The notes beneath the pieces were generated by a model. It searched no databases, was not told the origin of the DNA, and worked only from the letters and a program-made list of their open reading frames with translations. Below are positions 35,475-47,582 of a stretch of 64,000 bases of DNA, piece after piece. Position numbers and translations under genes: made by a program. Origin of the DNA: Perkinsus olseni (Eukaryota); contig JABANN010000001.1 of assembly GCA_013115125.1 (NCBI GenBank), positions 124,001 through 188,000 of the forward strand, given 5' to 3'. Numbering within the stretch: the first letter of the stretch is position 1; every line of letters starts with the position of its first letter.

Positions 35475-36764
35475 GGCGAAGGAAAGCAGCTATGAAATAA
35501 ACTAGACTCTAAAGAACGCTCATCTGTGGCGAGCGTGATTTTCAATACCTGACTGATTGTAACTTAACATAGCAACAGCGGCGGGCAGGTGGAAAAGGAG
35601 TTGAAGCATACTCATGATGATGAGATATCAGCTGGGGTGAAGCGAGGTAGCTTGAGCGTTAGGAACACTTCTGAAAGCGGCATGACGTAGAGGTGACGAG
35701 GAAGCGAAGGCGAACCGGGCTATAGCATCCAGAAAATCAGGGATAACCGGTAGTAGAAGGCAAAATGGTGAGCTGCCAGCGGTTGGATCAAAGCGAGCTC
35801 AAATCAACCTACGAGCTGCAGAACAGAACCAGGAAATGCACAGCTGACGCACGTCACAGCCGGAAGATCGCTGAAGCATCATCCCACTGTCACCAACTCG
35901 CACTGCTTTTGGGCGGCGTCACCGTTACATGATGTCTGCCTCAAGACTCGCCTTACTGCGGCTTTTCTTATATGCCGAGTGTCCTGCTCTACATCAAGTG
36001 TGGTATGATTTGGCCAGATACGGGCGGACGCCCTCACCTCGTGCATGATCCAAAATCGCTCGTCAGTGGCCCGCTAGGAACCGATTGGCCTTTGATGGCA
36101 GTAACGCTAGCTCGATGTTTACTAACCTCGTGCGCACATCAGGCACGATCTAGCACTTGGTTATATCGAGTGGTAATTCGCGAGCAAAATACGCGGGCCG
36201 TCACTGAATGCAGATCTCCTAGGGAAAAGAGCACATCATTGATAGTCCAACGAGGTCGGTTTCCGGCGTTGGACTCAACTCCACACGCAGGCCACCGGGG
36301 AAGGCAAAGGTCGCTCAGCGAGCAGATCAGACGTGGGCCCTCTGTGCTTCATCGCTCGGTATGACGGGTGTCGAATGGGTCAAGTCCCTTATGCTCTACC
36401 GGGGACTTCTGTCCCACACCAACTCAACCTCTCTCGTAAAAGAGCGGCAGCTTGAAATTACAAAGCACATCCATAATTGAGGGTCGTCTAATTCTACGGT
36501 GAATACGGTCAGTGGCGAAACTCTAAAAACCGACAGTATCGGGCATGCGAGTGAATAACCAACCAAAAAACCGTGAGAGATCCTTGTCGTTGAGACAAGG
36601 ACACTAACTTCGCGACGACCTGGTCCTTTCAACAGGATGAGAAAGGCTGCGCGAAAGACTAGATTATGAACAAAGCAGAATATCAGTTTCCTCCAGGATA
36701 GTTCTCATGAAAACGAGTAGTGGTTAGGAGACAGTGCGTGCCGACATGACAGCAGACGGCACGA

Positions 36765-38110
36765 TCATGGTATGCGGAAAAGTACAAGGGACAAAGCCAT
36801 GATGGCCATGCCTAGCAAGAAACCATTGCCGGCCCATTTGTTGCTAGGATCATAAAGAATAGCGTATGTTTGGAGCTTGAGGACCGCGATGTAGGTCTGA
36901 GAAAGCAGCACTACAGACATCGTGAGAAATAAAGCCTACCATGATTCCTGCTGTCACGCCCAGCATGCACCCGATGGCGGAGGGCCCCAAGATGTCACCA
37001 AGGATGAGCCATGCTAATACACCTCCGAGAGGCTCAGCGATGGCTGAAAGCAGAGTCCACAGGAAGGCCTGTAGCTTGCTTCCGGTGGCTTTCAAAACTG
37101 GAGCGGCGACAGCGATGCCTGAGAGATAGAGAACAACTCATTCTTAGTGAACCCTGTGGCAGACGGACCTTCGGGAATGTTGTGCACCCCGATGGCAAAT
37201 GCCAAAGAGACACCAACACTGGGGTCTTCGAGCGTGCCAAGGAAGCTAACTATCCCTTCCGGGAAGTTGTGAAGACATATGGCAACAGCGGTGAACACAC
37301 CCGTCTTCAATAGTCGGAGCTTGGCGTCGGGTTTAGCATCGCTGAACCCTTCCTGAAGGCAGCGGGGACTCCAAGCCAAGCTAGACGTGGATACTGTATG
37401 CGTGTGCACAAATGAGAGCATCGTGTGAACTTCACCTTGTGAAGCAACGAGCCAGCGCCTAGTGAGCGCTACGGCGACGGGGCGGACTTAGCGACGACTA
37501 TGGAGAGGTGCCGCTACCTCAAGATCTCCGGTTCCATTCCTCCGACTGGCAAGCTCCCGAAAGGCTGCAGCTGCTTCACCGACACCGTCATGGTCTTCAG
37601 TGATGTCCATCTGCGCTCGGGGCGATGAGGAGAGGCCTTTACGTTTCATGACATAATCGCTTAACAAGTCCAATACCTGGCAAGGCGGCGACATGACGGC
37701 CCGAGTGTCGTACAAATGCAACTCACCAAAGTTAACAAACAACCAGAGAAGAATACACCGACGCCGGCCATGAATGCGTAGTCTTCTTCAAGACCTCCCT
37801 CATGAAGCCTGAGGTACAAACTAGAAGGATAAACCGGAAGGTGGTGGCCGCTACAAGTTAGTCGCTTCGGTGAGAATCTCTACCAGACTGACGAACACCA
37901 TGACGCCGGCGGACAAGGAGAGGCAGCCGGCCAGGAACCGATTGTCCTGGGCTTGTGGCAGGAAGGCGATAAGGCAGCCGATCAAGGAAGCCGAACCTGA
38001 ACAACAGAGACAGTGCGCACCTTCATCGGGGCCCAGGCTAGCAGCATGAACCCACCCGCTGCGCAGGTTAGCCCGATAGCGAGGCCGATATTAGGACTCT
38101 GCAGGACCAT
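36765..38110 (-). CDS. ZIP-family metal transporter, copy B
   Basis: [60 protein letters not shown]. Confidence 0.92.
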
Positions 38111-38689
38111 GAGAGAAGGAGAGAACCAAACACCTAACCTCACCTTAAACAGGCAGGACTCTCCTATGACGACGATAAAGAGGACAAGGCTGTAAACGAG
38201 GGAGCGATCCGCAAGCCGCTATCCTTCAACGCCTAGCATGTCTGAGTGCGGCTTGACAGAGCGTCCTGCCGCAAAATCGTCCCATAAGTACCTTCACGAC
38301 TAATTTTAAGCATATTATAGCATCTGCACAGGAGTACTCTATTGTCTATAGCGTATGAGACATACTGCACGCACGCACATAAGGTGCTACCGTCATTCCC
38401 CCCTTGGTTGCCTAGCGCGTAGCAGTGGGCTCAACGACGAACCAGAGCAGCAGAGTGTTGGATTCGATATACACGCCATATCTGTGCCTGAAACTCGCGC
38501 ACACAGCGCATCTTTGGCTTGTTCATGCGTGCAGATGTACGCACGTGCAGAGTGGCGCGTCAAACTCCATCCCAGCAATTCTGCCTTGTTGCTATTGCAA
38601 AGATGCAGCGAGAACTCGCTACTAGCGTGAGTTTTCAGCTATCGGCCACCGTGTTCTGTTAACCAATGAAGTGTCTACTTCGCCGGTAG

Positions 38690-38799
38690 GCTCGCTCACA
38701 GGCGCTCGTGAAAGCCTATCGTTTTCGGCCGACCAACAGGAAAGAAGAATTTCACTGGTGCTGGTATCAGGTGGGTCTCGTAAGAGCCTGTGAGCGAGC
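38690..38799. repeat. 110-nt fold-back element with perfect 14-bp terminal inverted repeats
   Basis: gctcgctcacaggc (38690-38703) and gcctgtgagcgagc (38786-38799); the inner sequence pairs further, imperfectly. Confidence 0.85.
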
Positions 38800-39213
38800 T
38801 AGGATAGTCATCAGGAAAGTTGTCCCCGCCTTTATCAGCGGTACTCAAAGCTGGCTCGGTCCAGCACGCTAAATACTACCGTCTGGAACACGGTTTCAGG
38901 ATGGCTACCACCAGAATGTATTACTGAGAAAATTATGAGCGATTGAACTCGAGGTTCCTGTCTAAGGCTTCTATCCAAGCCTTGTCCACATCGGAAGGGA
39001 CGGGTTGAAGTTGAGGTCCCGGGTTCGATTCCGAGCAGTCGTAGCTTCTCAAGCGTGAACTGTAGACTATTTCAGGCTGACAAATTCGTTGCCTTCCTAC
39101 AACGGGGCCCTGACCGACAGCTGGATCTCAGAGCATCATGACGAAGATTTTCATTGGGAGCGTGAGAGCCATGATATCGCTTGCAGTTTTTTCGGTCGCT
39201 CCACCTTTCCTGA

Positions 39214-40815
39214 ATGGTGTCGGATGATCCAAATGTTGGGCTTGCTATCGGACTGACAACTGCAGCAGGTAGTAGTGGTGGTGGCGAGCCTTCGGGGCGG
39301 TACGCTGCTAGTTCCGCGTTTTTGGTTCTATTCCCTTTTCCTAAGCCTCAGTGGTTTTCTCTGTGATGCACAAGGGCGTCCATCAGCGATATTCAGAGTA
39401 CTTCTCACCGTTCTTGCTCCCCTCAGGACTTGCTACCGTCATAGGAGGCGGTTTAGCATGCCTCTGTGACCCCAACAACCATTCCTTGCTGGCCGGCTGT
39501 TTGGCCATGGCTGCGGGTGTAATGGTGTATGTTAGCTTCATTGAAATCTTCCCAGAGGCCACCAATTTGTGAGACACCCTGTTCGCATTCACCATCGCAA
39601 TTTGTGAGCTCAGATTCCATGAGAGTGGAACGTTCAATTCAGATCATGCCTTCATGATGACCACGCTGGTCTATTTTGTCGGGAATGGCCTATGCTTGGT
39701 AGGGAAGGACCGTCTGAGTTGGCGGTGTCCTCATCATTTTGCATAGTGTTGTGGTCGCAGCATCGCAATTTAGGGAGCGGACGTCCTCACGCAGCTGTGG
39801 ATATCTCGTAAGAAGAGCAAAGCATCGGAGAACCGAGAGATCGTGTCCACTGGAGAGGATGATGATCCTCACGGTCTGGCTACTGCAGCAATCGCCGTAC
39901 AGGAATTGACCACGGGCGCGGAGCCAGTACCTGCTGCGGATGAAACCCGAGTTGAGGTAAGAGCGGATAAGTATCCAGGGTTCGCTTCCGCAGAGCACAG
40001 GATCTCAGCGAGTGCTGGTGGCCGTGGGATCTGTTATATCATAATGCGCTTTCAATACCAATTTCGATGGCATATTTACCGTTAATGCGCGTAGTGGCAA
40101 GGTCACAACCCCTCTTCTTCATTCAGGGGGGTCTAAGCACGTCGTCCTCTACAAGAAGTTTCGAGTCCCAAGACGAGCTACCACGGCCGAGAATACACAC
40201 CAGAACGGAGCTGTTAGGCACGGCTCTGTTTACCGCTGGAGCCGTGTGCCTTCATAATTTCCCTGAGGGAATAGTCACTTTTATTGGCACACTCGAAGAC
40301 CCATCCGTTGGAGTCTCTCTGGCCACTGCCATTGCTGTTCATAATATACCGGAAGGTGAGGCTGAGCCCGGGCGTCTAGGCTCCTATTCACGAGAGTGTG
40401 CAGGTATTGCTGTTGCCTCTCCGGTATTGAAGGCAACTGGCAGCAAGAAACAGGCTCTGTTTTGGACGCTCGTCTCGGCACTCGCAGAACCGCTGGGAGG
40501 TGGGCAGCATCGCGGTTTGAGTCGTTCAACACGAGCTGCTATTGTCAGGCATCCTCGCATGGCTGATCCTCGGTGACATAATAAACGATATCACAATAGC
40601 TGTTATGTTTGCACTCACAGCTGGAGTTATGGTAGGCTCTGCCCTCTACGCCGGAGGGCATTTCATCGTAGTGTTGTTCCCTTCAGGCATACATCGCCAT
40701 AATCAAGCTCCAATTCTCTGCCTCCCACTTCGACCCAACTAATCGCTGGGCCGGCGGCGGCTTCCTTTTGGGCACAGCAGTGATGGCTGTATCTCTGGTG
40801 TTGTTTCGCCTGTGA
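39214..40815 (+). CDS. ZIP-family metal transporter, copy C
   Basis: [71 protein letters not shown]. Confidence 0.92.
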
Positions 40816-41534
40816 GTACTTTTCACTATAATGGAGATAGCCTGATCGCTCGTAAATTTGCTTCTTCACTGTCACCAAACGAGCATGTAGGTTGTGAACA
40901 GCTCGCAATTCTGTTTTAGCTCTCATTGAGGAGCAGTTTCTTATCCCTTATGGGTTGTGTCGAGATCAGTACATGGGCGGTTAACCTCAATTCTTACGAA
41001 TACCATAACGCCATCGTAACCTCCTGACTGAGGAGCACTGTGACGCAATGCACTTGAACGCTAATCATATGGTACAACTTGTCCTTACTAACCTGCGTTG
41101 GGGCCAAGCCTTGAGATAAGTATCTTGGGTCAGCTCGTGTGTGAATGTCGATGCGTACGCGGGACGTCACCAGTTGAGCTAGCAAGGCCCTTCGAGTGTC
41201 TACCGTCCTGATGCCTCGTATGTGTTGTGCTGGCCTTCTGGTCTGTTCCCGTCCGGTGTGGTCGAGAGCGCTCCGCGAAACTCATCTAGGGGCATCCGTG
41301 ACCCACGTTGAAACAAGGCCAACCATAGTGCGAGCGGTCGAAGTTGAGGCCGGAGGTTGCGTTCAGAATACTCTGAATGTCTCCAAGGCGCATCTTAGGT
41401 CGGTGGCGCTGTCTCTACACAGCAACGTCGCAAGCGGGGATGTGGCTCCCTTAGATGAGGCTTTCCGTGTGATGTTCTTGACGAAAAGTAGCTTCATGAG
41501 CAGACAGTGCTCGCAGTTCCTTTGTGGCTCCACA

Positions 41535-43462
41535 ATGGTGTCCTTCGATACGAATGTTGGCCTAGCCATTGGATTGACTTCCGCCGCGGGTAAGCGAGGG
41601 ATGATCAACCTCTAAGGCGGTTTACTGCTGAATAACCGCTCGAGTTCGCGCCCACGAAGCCCCCTCCTATGACGGATTGTCGAGTGCTCGCGAATTCTCT
41701 TTGTGGCCCACGGGTGTGGGAATCTCCCTGAGCTGCCGTTGACGGCTCCCTGATTTCCCTCAGGATTTGCTACCGTCATAGGAGGCGGTTTAGCATGCCT
41801 CTGTGACCCCGACAACCACTCCTTGCTGGCCGGCTGTTTGGCCATCGCCGCGGGTGTGATGGTGTATGTTAGCTTCATTGAAATCTTTCCCAAAGCCATG
41901 GAACTGTGAGGCGCCCGGTTCATCATCTGTATCAAACTTTCTAAGCAGGTTCAGCGAGAGTGGAACGTTCAATGTCGACCATGCCTTCATGATGACAACT
42001 CTCTTCTACTTTGTCGGCAATGCTATATGCTTGGTAGGGAAGCGCCTTATCACGGCTCGCGATTCACGAGTCAACTCTGTCCTTACCATAGTCATTGATA
42101 TTCCACCGTCGAGTGAAATGGCAATTCGTCGTATATTCCATCCAACGGTGGACCCTTCTCGTCTCAGGGAGCGGATATCCTCATAAAACTGTGGATGTCT
42201 CGCAAGGAGCGCAAGGCCTCAAGAACATTAGAACATGCCCGTACAGCGGGGGACGACGATGCTTGCGGCCTGGCCGCAGAAATCATCGTCGTTCCAGAGT
42301 TGGCAGAGGGCTCGGAGCCTCCCCCTGCTGAGAGTGGACTCAGACTGGACGTAAGAGTGAGTCATTGATTGAACTATGATGACACATCCTCAATGGTGCT
42401 GTTCTCGCTCTTACGCTGAGGCTACCGAGATAGAGTCCTTGCTGGGGAAAAATTTACACCGCGGACCTGCTACATTATACGTCGATTTTTTCACAAGATA
42501 TTCGTAGACCTAGAGTTCCCGCGTATGAAACTGACTCGTTTGGCCAACGTTGGCAATAGGTGAGAGAAAGAGCGGCGATGATATCATGAGCGGCTTCTTC
42601 GTCCCCTCGAGTTTCTCATGTGTTAATATCTGCGTCATTGCAACCGTTTTTTCTCATACTAGGGAGGACTGAGCCCGGCCTCCGGTGCGTTCGTCTCGAC
42701 GAGAAATGCCGAGTCCCAAGAAGAAGCTCCTGGACCGCACGTGCAAACCAGAACGGCATTGCTCAGCACGGCTCTGTTCACCGCTGGGGCCGTGGCTCTC
42801 CATACTTTCCCTGAGGGGATAGTTACTTTCCTCGCCACGCTTGGAGACCCAGCCGTTGGTGTCTCTCTAGCTATCGCCATCGCCGTCCACAACATACCAG
42901 AAGGTGAGGCCCGGGTCTTCGGCCTGGACGATACAGTATCACCGATACTCTGGCCCATTCAGGTATTGCTATTGCCACCCCGGTGTTGAAGGCGACTGGT
43001 AGCAAGAAAAAAGCTGTTCTTTGGACCTTCATCGCGGCACTTGCAGAACCGCTAGGGGGTGGGTATCGCCAATACGTCCTTGGGCTAAATCCCTAGGGCT
43101 GAGCGATCGGGCAGCAACGCGGTGTAGTCATTTGATATGTGCTACTTCTGTCAGGTATCCTCGCATGGCTTATTCTCGGTGACATAATCAACGATATCAC
43201 CATAGCTGTCATGTTCGCACTCATAGCCGGAGTTATGGTAGGCTCTGTCCTGAACGAGTTTGTCGTTTCGCGGGAAAGGTTCCGTCTGACGCGACGGTCG
43301 AGGTGGTTCGCATCTTATTAAGGCTTTCTTCAGGCATACATCGCCATAATCAAGCTCCAATTCTCCGCCTCACAGTTCGACCCGACTAACCACTGGGCCG
43401 GCGGCGGCTTCCTTTTAGGCACAGCCGTGATGGCGCTGTCTCTCGTCTTGTTCAGAATATGA
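41535..43462 (+). CDS. ZIP-family metal transporter, copy D
   Basis: [71 protein letters not shown]; exons closely similar to copy C. Confidence 0.9.
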
Positions 43463-44352
43463 GCCGTGTAACGATACATTTCTTTTCTGTAGTTCAGAGA
43501 GCCTGAGCGCTTTCCATTCATTTTTACAATGACACTCAACGAGCTCAAATGGCTCGTGATCCTGCTTCAGCTGTTCACTGAGGAGCAGTTTCCTCAAAGG
43601 CATACGAGTTGTGTTTCGAGTGGTATTAAGGTGGCCATCATCATCACTGCAATTTCTTCGGATGACAATCTCGGACTCACAGCTACAGTAGAAGTGAGTG
43701 ACGGCAACGACCCGCAGAGGGATTGTAGAAGGCTTCAAGGGATCTCGGCGTGCTCGTACCTTCGATAAGGGGCCAAGCTACTTGAGTCTGCATCGCCGCC
43801 GATGAGATACTCTACGGACTTCGTGAGAGATCGACGAGGGTTAACATAGATCGCACGAGCCAGGGCTACCCGTGCCTTTCGGACAGCCGAAGCTCGACGG
43901 TCGTGTCCAACATCGAAGTAAAACATGAGGTCATAGAGCCTCTAGGACTTAGAGAATCTTAGTGCACGACCTGACTGCAAACTTCTCATCCCCCTTGAGA
44001 TTGGTTGTCGATGCTCTCTGGGATGTGTCGTTCAAGGACTTCTCGGACGTCGACTGATACAGTTCGGAGGAGGGTAAGCATCCCCACGAGCACTATAAGC
44101 AGGTTTAGGCCCTAAACCTTAGAGAGCCCACGCTTTATATGTTGCCTACAAGATGGGCGGACATGAGTATTAATGAAGAGTACAAGATGGTCGGACATGA
44201 ATGGGCGCTTACGGCTTACGAAAAACATTCTCGTCGTGGCGTGCGCTATTCGTCTTGCGCTGTCGACTCGAGCCGTGCCACACGTGCCCACGCAGATCGC
44301 AAGCAGCTTTAGAGCGTAACTTGTGCCCTGTGGCAGCCATAGCCCTTTCTTC

Positions 44353-45718
44353 ATGGTCGTACACGACTCTAGCGCCGGTCTAGGTATCGGGTTGACATGC
44401 GCAGCTGGTAGGCCACTCTGACGTAACAGCCCCTGAGGGCGAATTCTTGGTTGATCAGGGGCGGCCACGATGCTTGGTGGCATCATATCTATGTACATTA
44501 ACCCCCACAACCACAAGTTCATGGCGGGGGCCCTCTCGTTAGCGGCCGGTGTCATGGTCTTCGTCAGCTTTGCCGAAATCTTCCCTGAAGCCGTGGTTCT
44601 GTGGGTTTGACTTCGGCCCTGTTTACCACGTGCACTCTCCTTTGCCCAGATTTCATGAGAGTGGCAGCTTCAACGAGGACCATGCTTTCATGATGACTAA
44701 TCTCGTGTACTTTCTCGCGACCCTATTGTGCATGGTAAATACGTCTTGGTCGTAGCTAGCCGAAAGGGAACTCCTCTCAGGCTCTGGACTGGTTTAGTCG
44801 TAAGTGGCATTCACGTGCTCGCCGTAGACAGAACAACAAGGGAGGCCCAGCTCTTGACTCGACACCGGAAGAGGGCTCTGAGGATCTGGATAACGAAGAA
44901 GATCCACACGGCGTAGCTCCAGCGGCCATCGCCCTGCAGGAACTCACTGGTGGACTCTTCGATACATCTGATGCCACCCGAGATGTGGTATGTGTTGTTG
45001 CTGCTGCTGCTTGTGCTCAGTGGCCCTGCTCAGAATGGACAATGGCGAGTATCACGAATCTCGGAGATGTCGACTAATTCGAATCTTGCTGCCGTGGAGG
45101 AGCAACATGCTGACGTTGCCCATCACAAGTTGGAGCTACTTAAAGTTGCTTTATTCACGGCGGCCGCTATTTGCCTTCACAATTTTCCCGAGGGCATCCT
45201 CACCTTCATTGGGACGATTCAGGACCCCTCGGTGGGCGTATCCTTAGCGGTCGCAATAGCCATTCATAACATACCTGAAGGTCCGTGTCCATGGCGCCGT
45301 ATTTGGTAGGAAGCCAGAGGTTCTCAGGTATAGCCGTGGCCTCGCCCATCCTACGGGCGACAGACAGCGGGAAGCAAGCACTCCTTTGGTGCTTTATATC
45401 GGCCGTCGCGGAGCCGCTTGGAGGTAGGGTACCCTGGGGTTGGATATTTCAGAGAGAGCTTCAGGCGTCCTCGCGTGGATGGTGCTGAGCGAAGAGCTCT
45501 CCGACGATGCCTACGCTGTTATGTTTGCCTTGTCGGCTGGAGTGATGGTGAGAGTACTGGATAGTGGACTGTTAGAACATCCTGTGCATCCGTAGGTTTA
45601 CATAGCAATTGCCAAGCTGTTCGCCACAGCGTGTCACTTGGACCGCCATTGGTCCCCTGGTGGCTTCATTCTCGGCACTGCTATCATGTCAGTCTCGCTC
45701 GTACTATTCAGGCTGTAG
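44353..45718 (+). CDS. ZIP-family metal transporter, copy E
   Basis: MVVHDSSAGLGIGLTCAAG, AAGVMVFVSFAEIFPEA, LHNFPEG, AIHNIPEG, AEPLGG, GTAIMSVSLVLFRL*. Confidence 0.92.
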
Positions 45719-45893
45719 GCAGCAGTCCTCCATGACCGAACCTCAAGTGTTGTCTTATCGTTGTTACTGCGGACCTGTTGTGTTTGTACCGGTTGATGCT
45801 CTGCTTCTCGTGCCGCCTCTCACCGTGGCTGGGCTGGGCTCCTGCGAGTTTTCCTTGAACGCCTTTCTACAGTCGGGTTCTTTTACTTTGTAG

Positions 45894-47388
45894 TTGCTTA
45901 CTCGCGCAAGATGGATTGTGCAGTCCCGCCGGAATCTGCATTATTCTCGCCAGACACTTCCAAGATGGAGAGCGTTGAGGCTGAGGATCCCCGCATTACT
46001 CTGCTGAGGCCCTTCGCGGTCGCTGAATCATCGTAAGTGCGTTCGGCGTCTTCCGTCCGAGGACCTTGTCGCAGGTTTGTTCAGCTCACTCGACAGGACA
46101 AGCACACCGAGGCGGTGGCCGTGCTGGAGACTGCTCTCCGAAGAGAACAACATACGGTAGTACCTGGGGCCTTCCTCTCAGTGGGACTCCGCCCTACCGT
46201 CAGGTGCGGCGAATGCGTCCTTGCCTTCTGACATCGTTGTTTGAGCGACTTGCCATAGGGTACAACACGCTAGCACTGCATATGGTAGCGATACGGCCAG
46301 GCATGCCGTTGATCAGCCCGGTCACTGTTCAGCTACAAGACGGTCATACGGATGAGGCCCTTAGAGTATTCGCGAAGGCAGAGGCTGTAACTGACCCTGC
46401 TAATGTGAGTACCCAAGGACTTGCCCGATTCAGGATAGAATGTGCTTCTCGCTGATCAGCATCACATCACACGAGGAGCGAGATTGATTCTTAGAGCAGT
46501 GACATACAACAACCTGGGATGCTTCTATAAGACATTGGGGAAGCTACACACAGCCCTAGGGTACCTCAGGAAGGCCCTCCAGATCGAGGCACGGGAACAG
46601 CTCTCTGCATCACCTGTAGCAGCAGAAGCGTATGCCTTCGTAAGCATGCCTCTCTGAGGAACGGCTCCTCATGTGGCTGGCGCCTGGGGACGCTCGCTGC
46701 TCAGAATCCGTCAACTACGCATACTAACATGTGCGCGCTGCTATCAGAGATGGGAGATCATCAGCAGGCGGTGGTAGGGTTGTTGGTGGTGTGGGGCTAT
46801 GAGGGATCAGTGGTCGCTGCCAAGATACATGCGAAAACGGCATTGATGATCCTAAAGCAGCAACGGAAGGATCTGGGTAGTTGTACTTCTAAACTGGGGC
46901 TTCAGGGTGCGGCGGGGGACGGCTCACGTGAACGTCTTTTCACGTGTCCGGGATACTCTAATAGTGCGATCATCGGTATGGGCTTCTTGAGGGTCGGTTG
47001 TAGCTTTGTGGTGGCTCACTGTGTTCTCGCTGCGGTCAGAAGTGTCTGAGTGCGGCCCTCCGCCTCTGCCAGTGAAGGGCCCGAAGCCTCTTATATGTAC
47101 GGCATTCTTCAACCTAGCATGCGAGTAGTGCTCGGTCCGCCCGACGGTAGGGGGGGTATCCTCCGCCGTGTGTAGATACGAGCATCTTCGGAAGGAGAGC
47201 GAGGCTATGGAGGCCTACCTACGGGCGTACGAGTTTGCCCTTGATGAGCTTGGCCTCGACCATTCCCTGGTATTAGGGAAGTGTCTTGGGGATGGTAGAG
47301 GGTGTTGAATCAGGTTCATCAGATCCAGTCGTGCTTGAAGCACCTCTCAGGAAGGCGCTTCCCCGCAATCGAGACCTCCTCGCAGTAG
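45894..47388 (+). CDS. Tetratricopeptide-repeat protein (multi-exon; start codon not located)
   Basis: AVTYNNLGCFYKTLGKLHTALGYLRKALQIE, TTHTNMCALLSEMGDHQQA, AFFNLACE..EAMEAYLRAYEFALDELGLDHSL. Confidence 0.8.
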
Positions 47389-47582
47389 CAGCTGACCACC
47401 TGCTTATCATGAGTATGAAGTTGTTGTCGAACCTTGCGGTGACTTGAGTTTACTAAAACAGTGAGAATCGTACTGGGGATCAGCTATTCAGGTAGCGGTG
47501 TCTGCCATTCGGCCAATCTTCTGCGTCCCAGCTGGGCACTCCAGGGTTACTCGGTAGTTTTATTCGTCGATTGTCGTAGTAG

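Noticed and set aside
38960-39045. Possible tRNA gene around GGTTCGATTCC (also near 15900 on the minus strand)
   Set aside because: No acceptor stem, D-arm or anticodon arm could be formed; the T-stem is imperfect.
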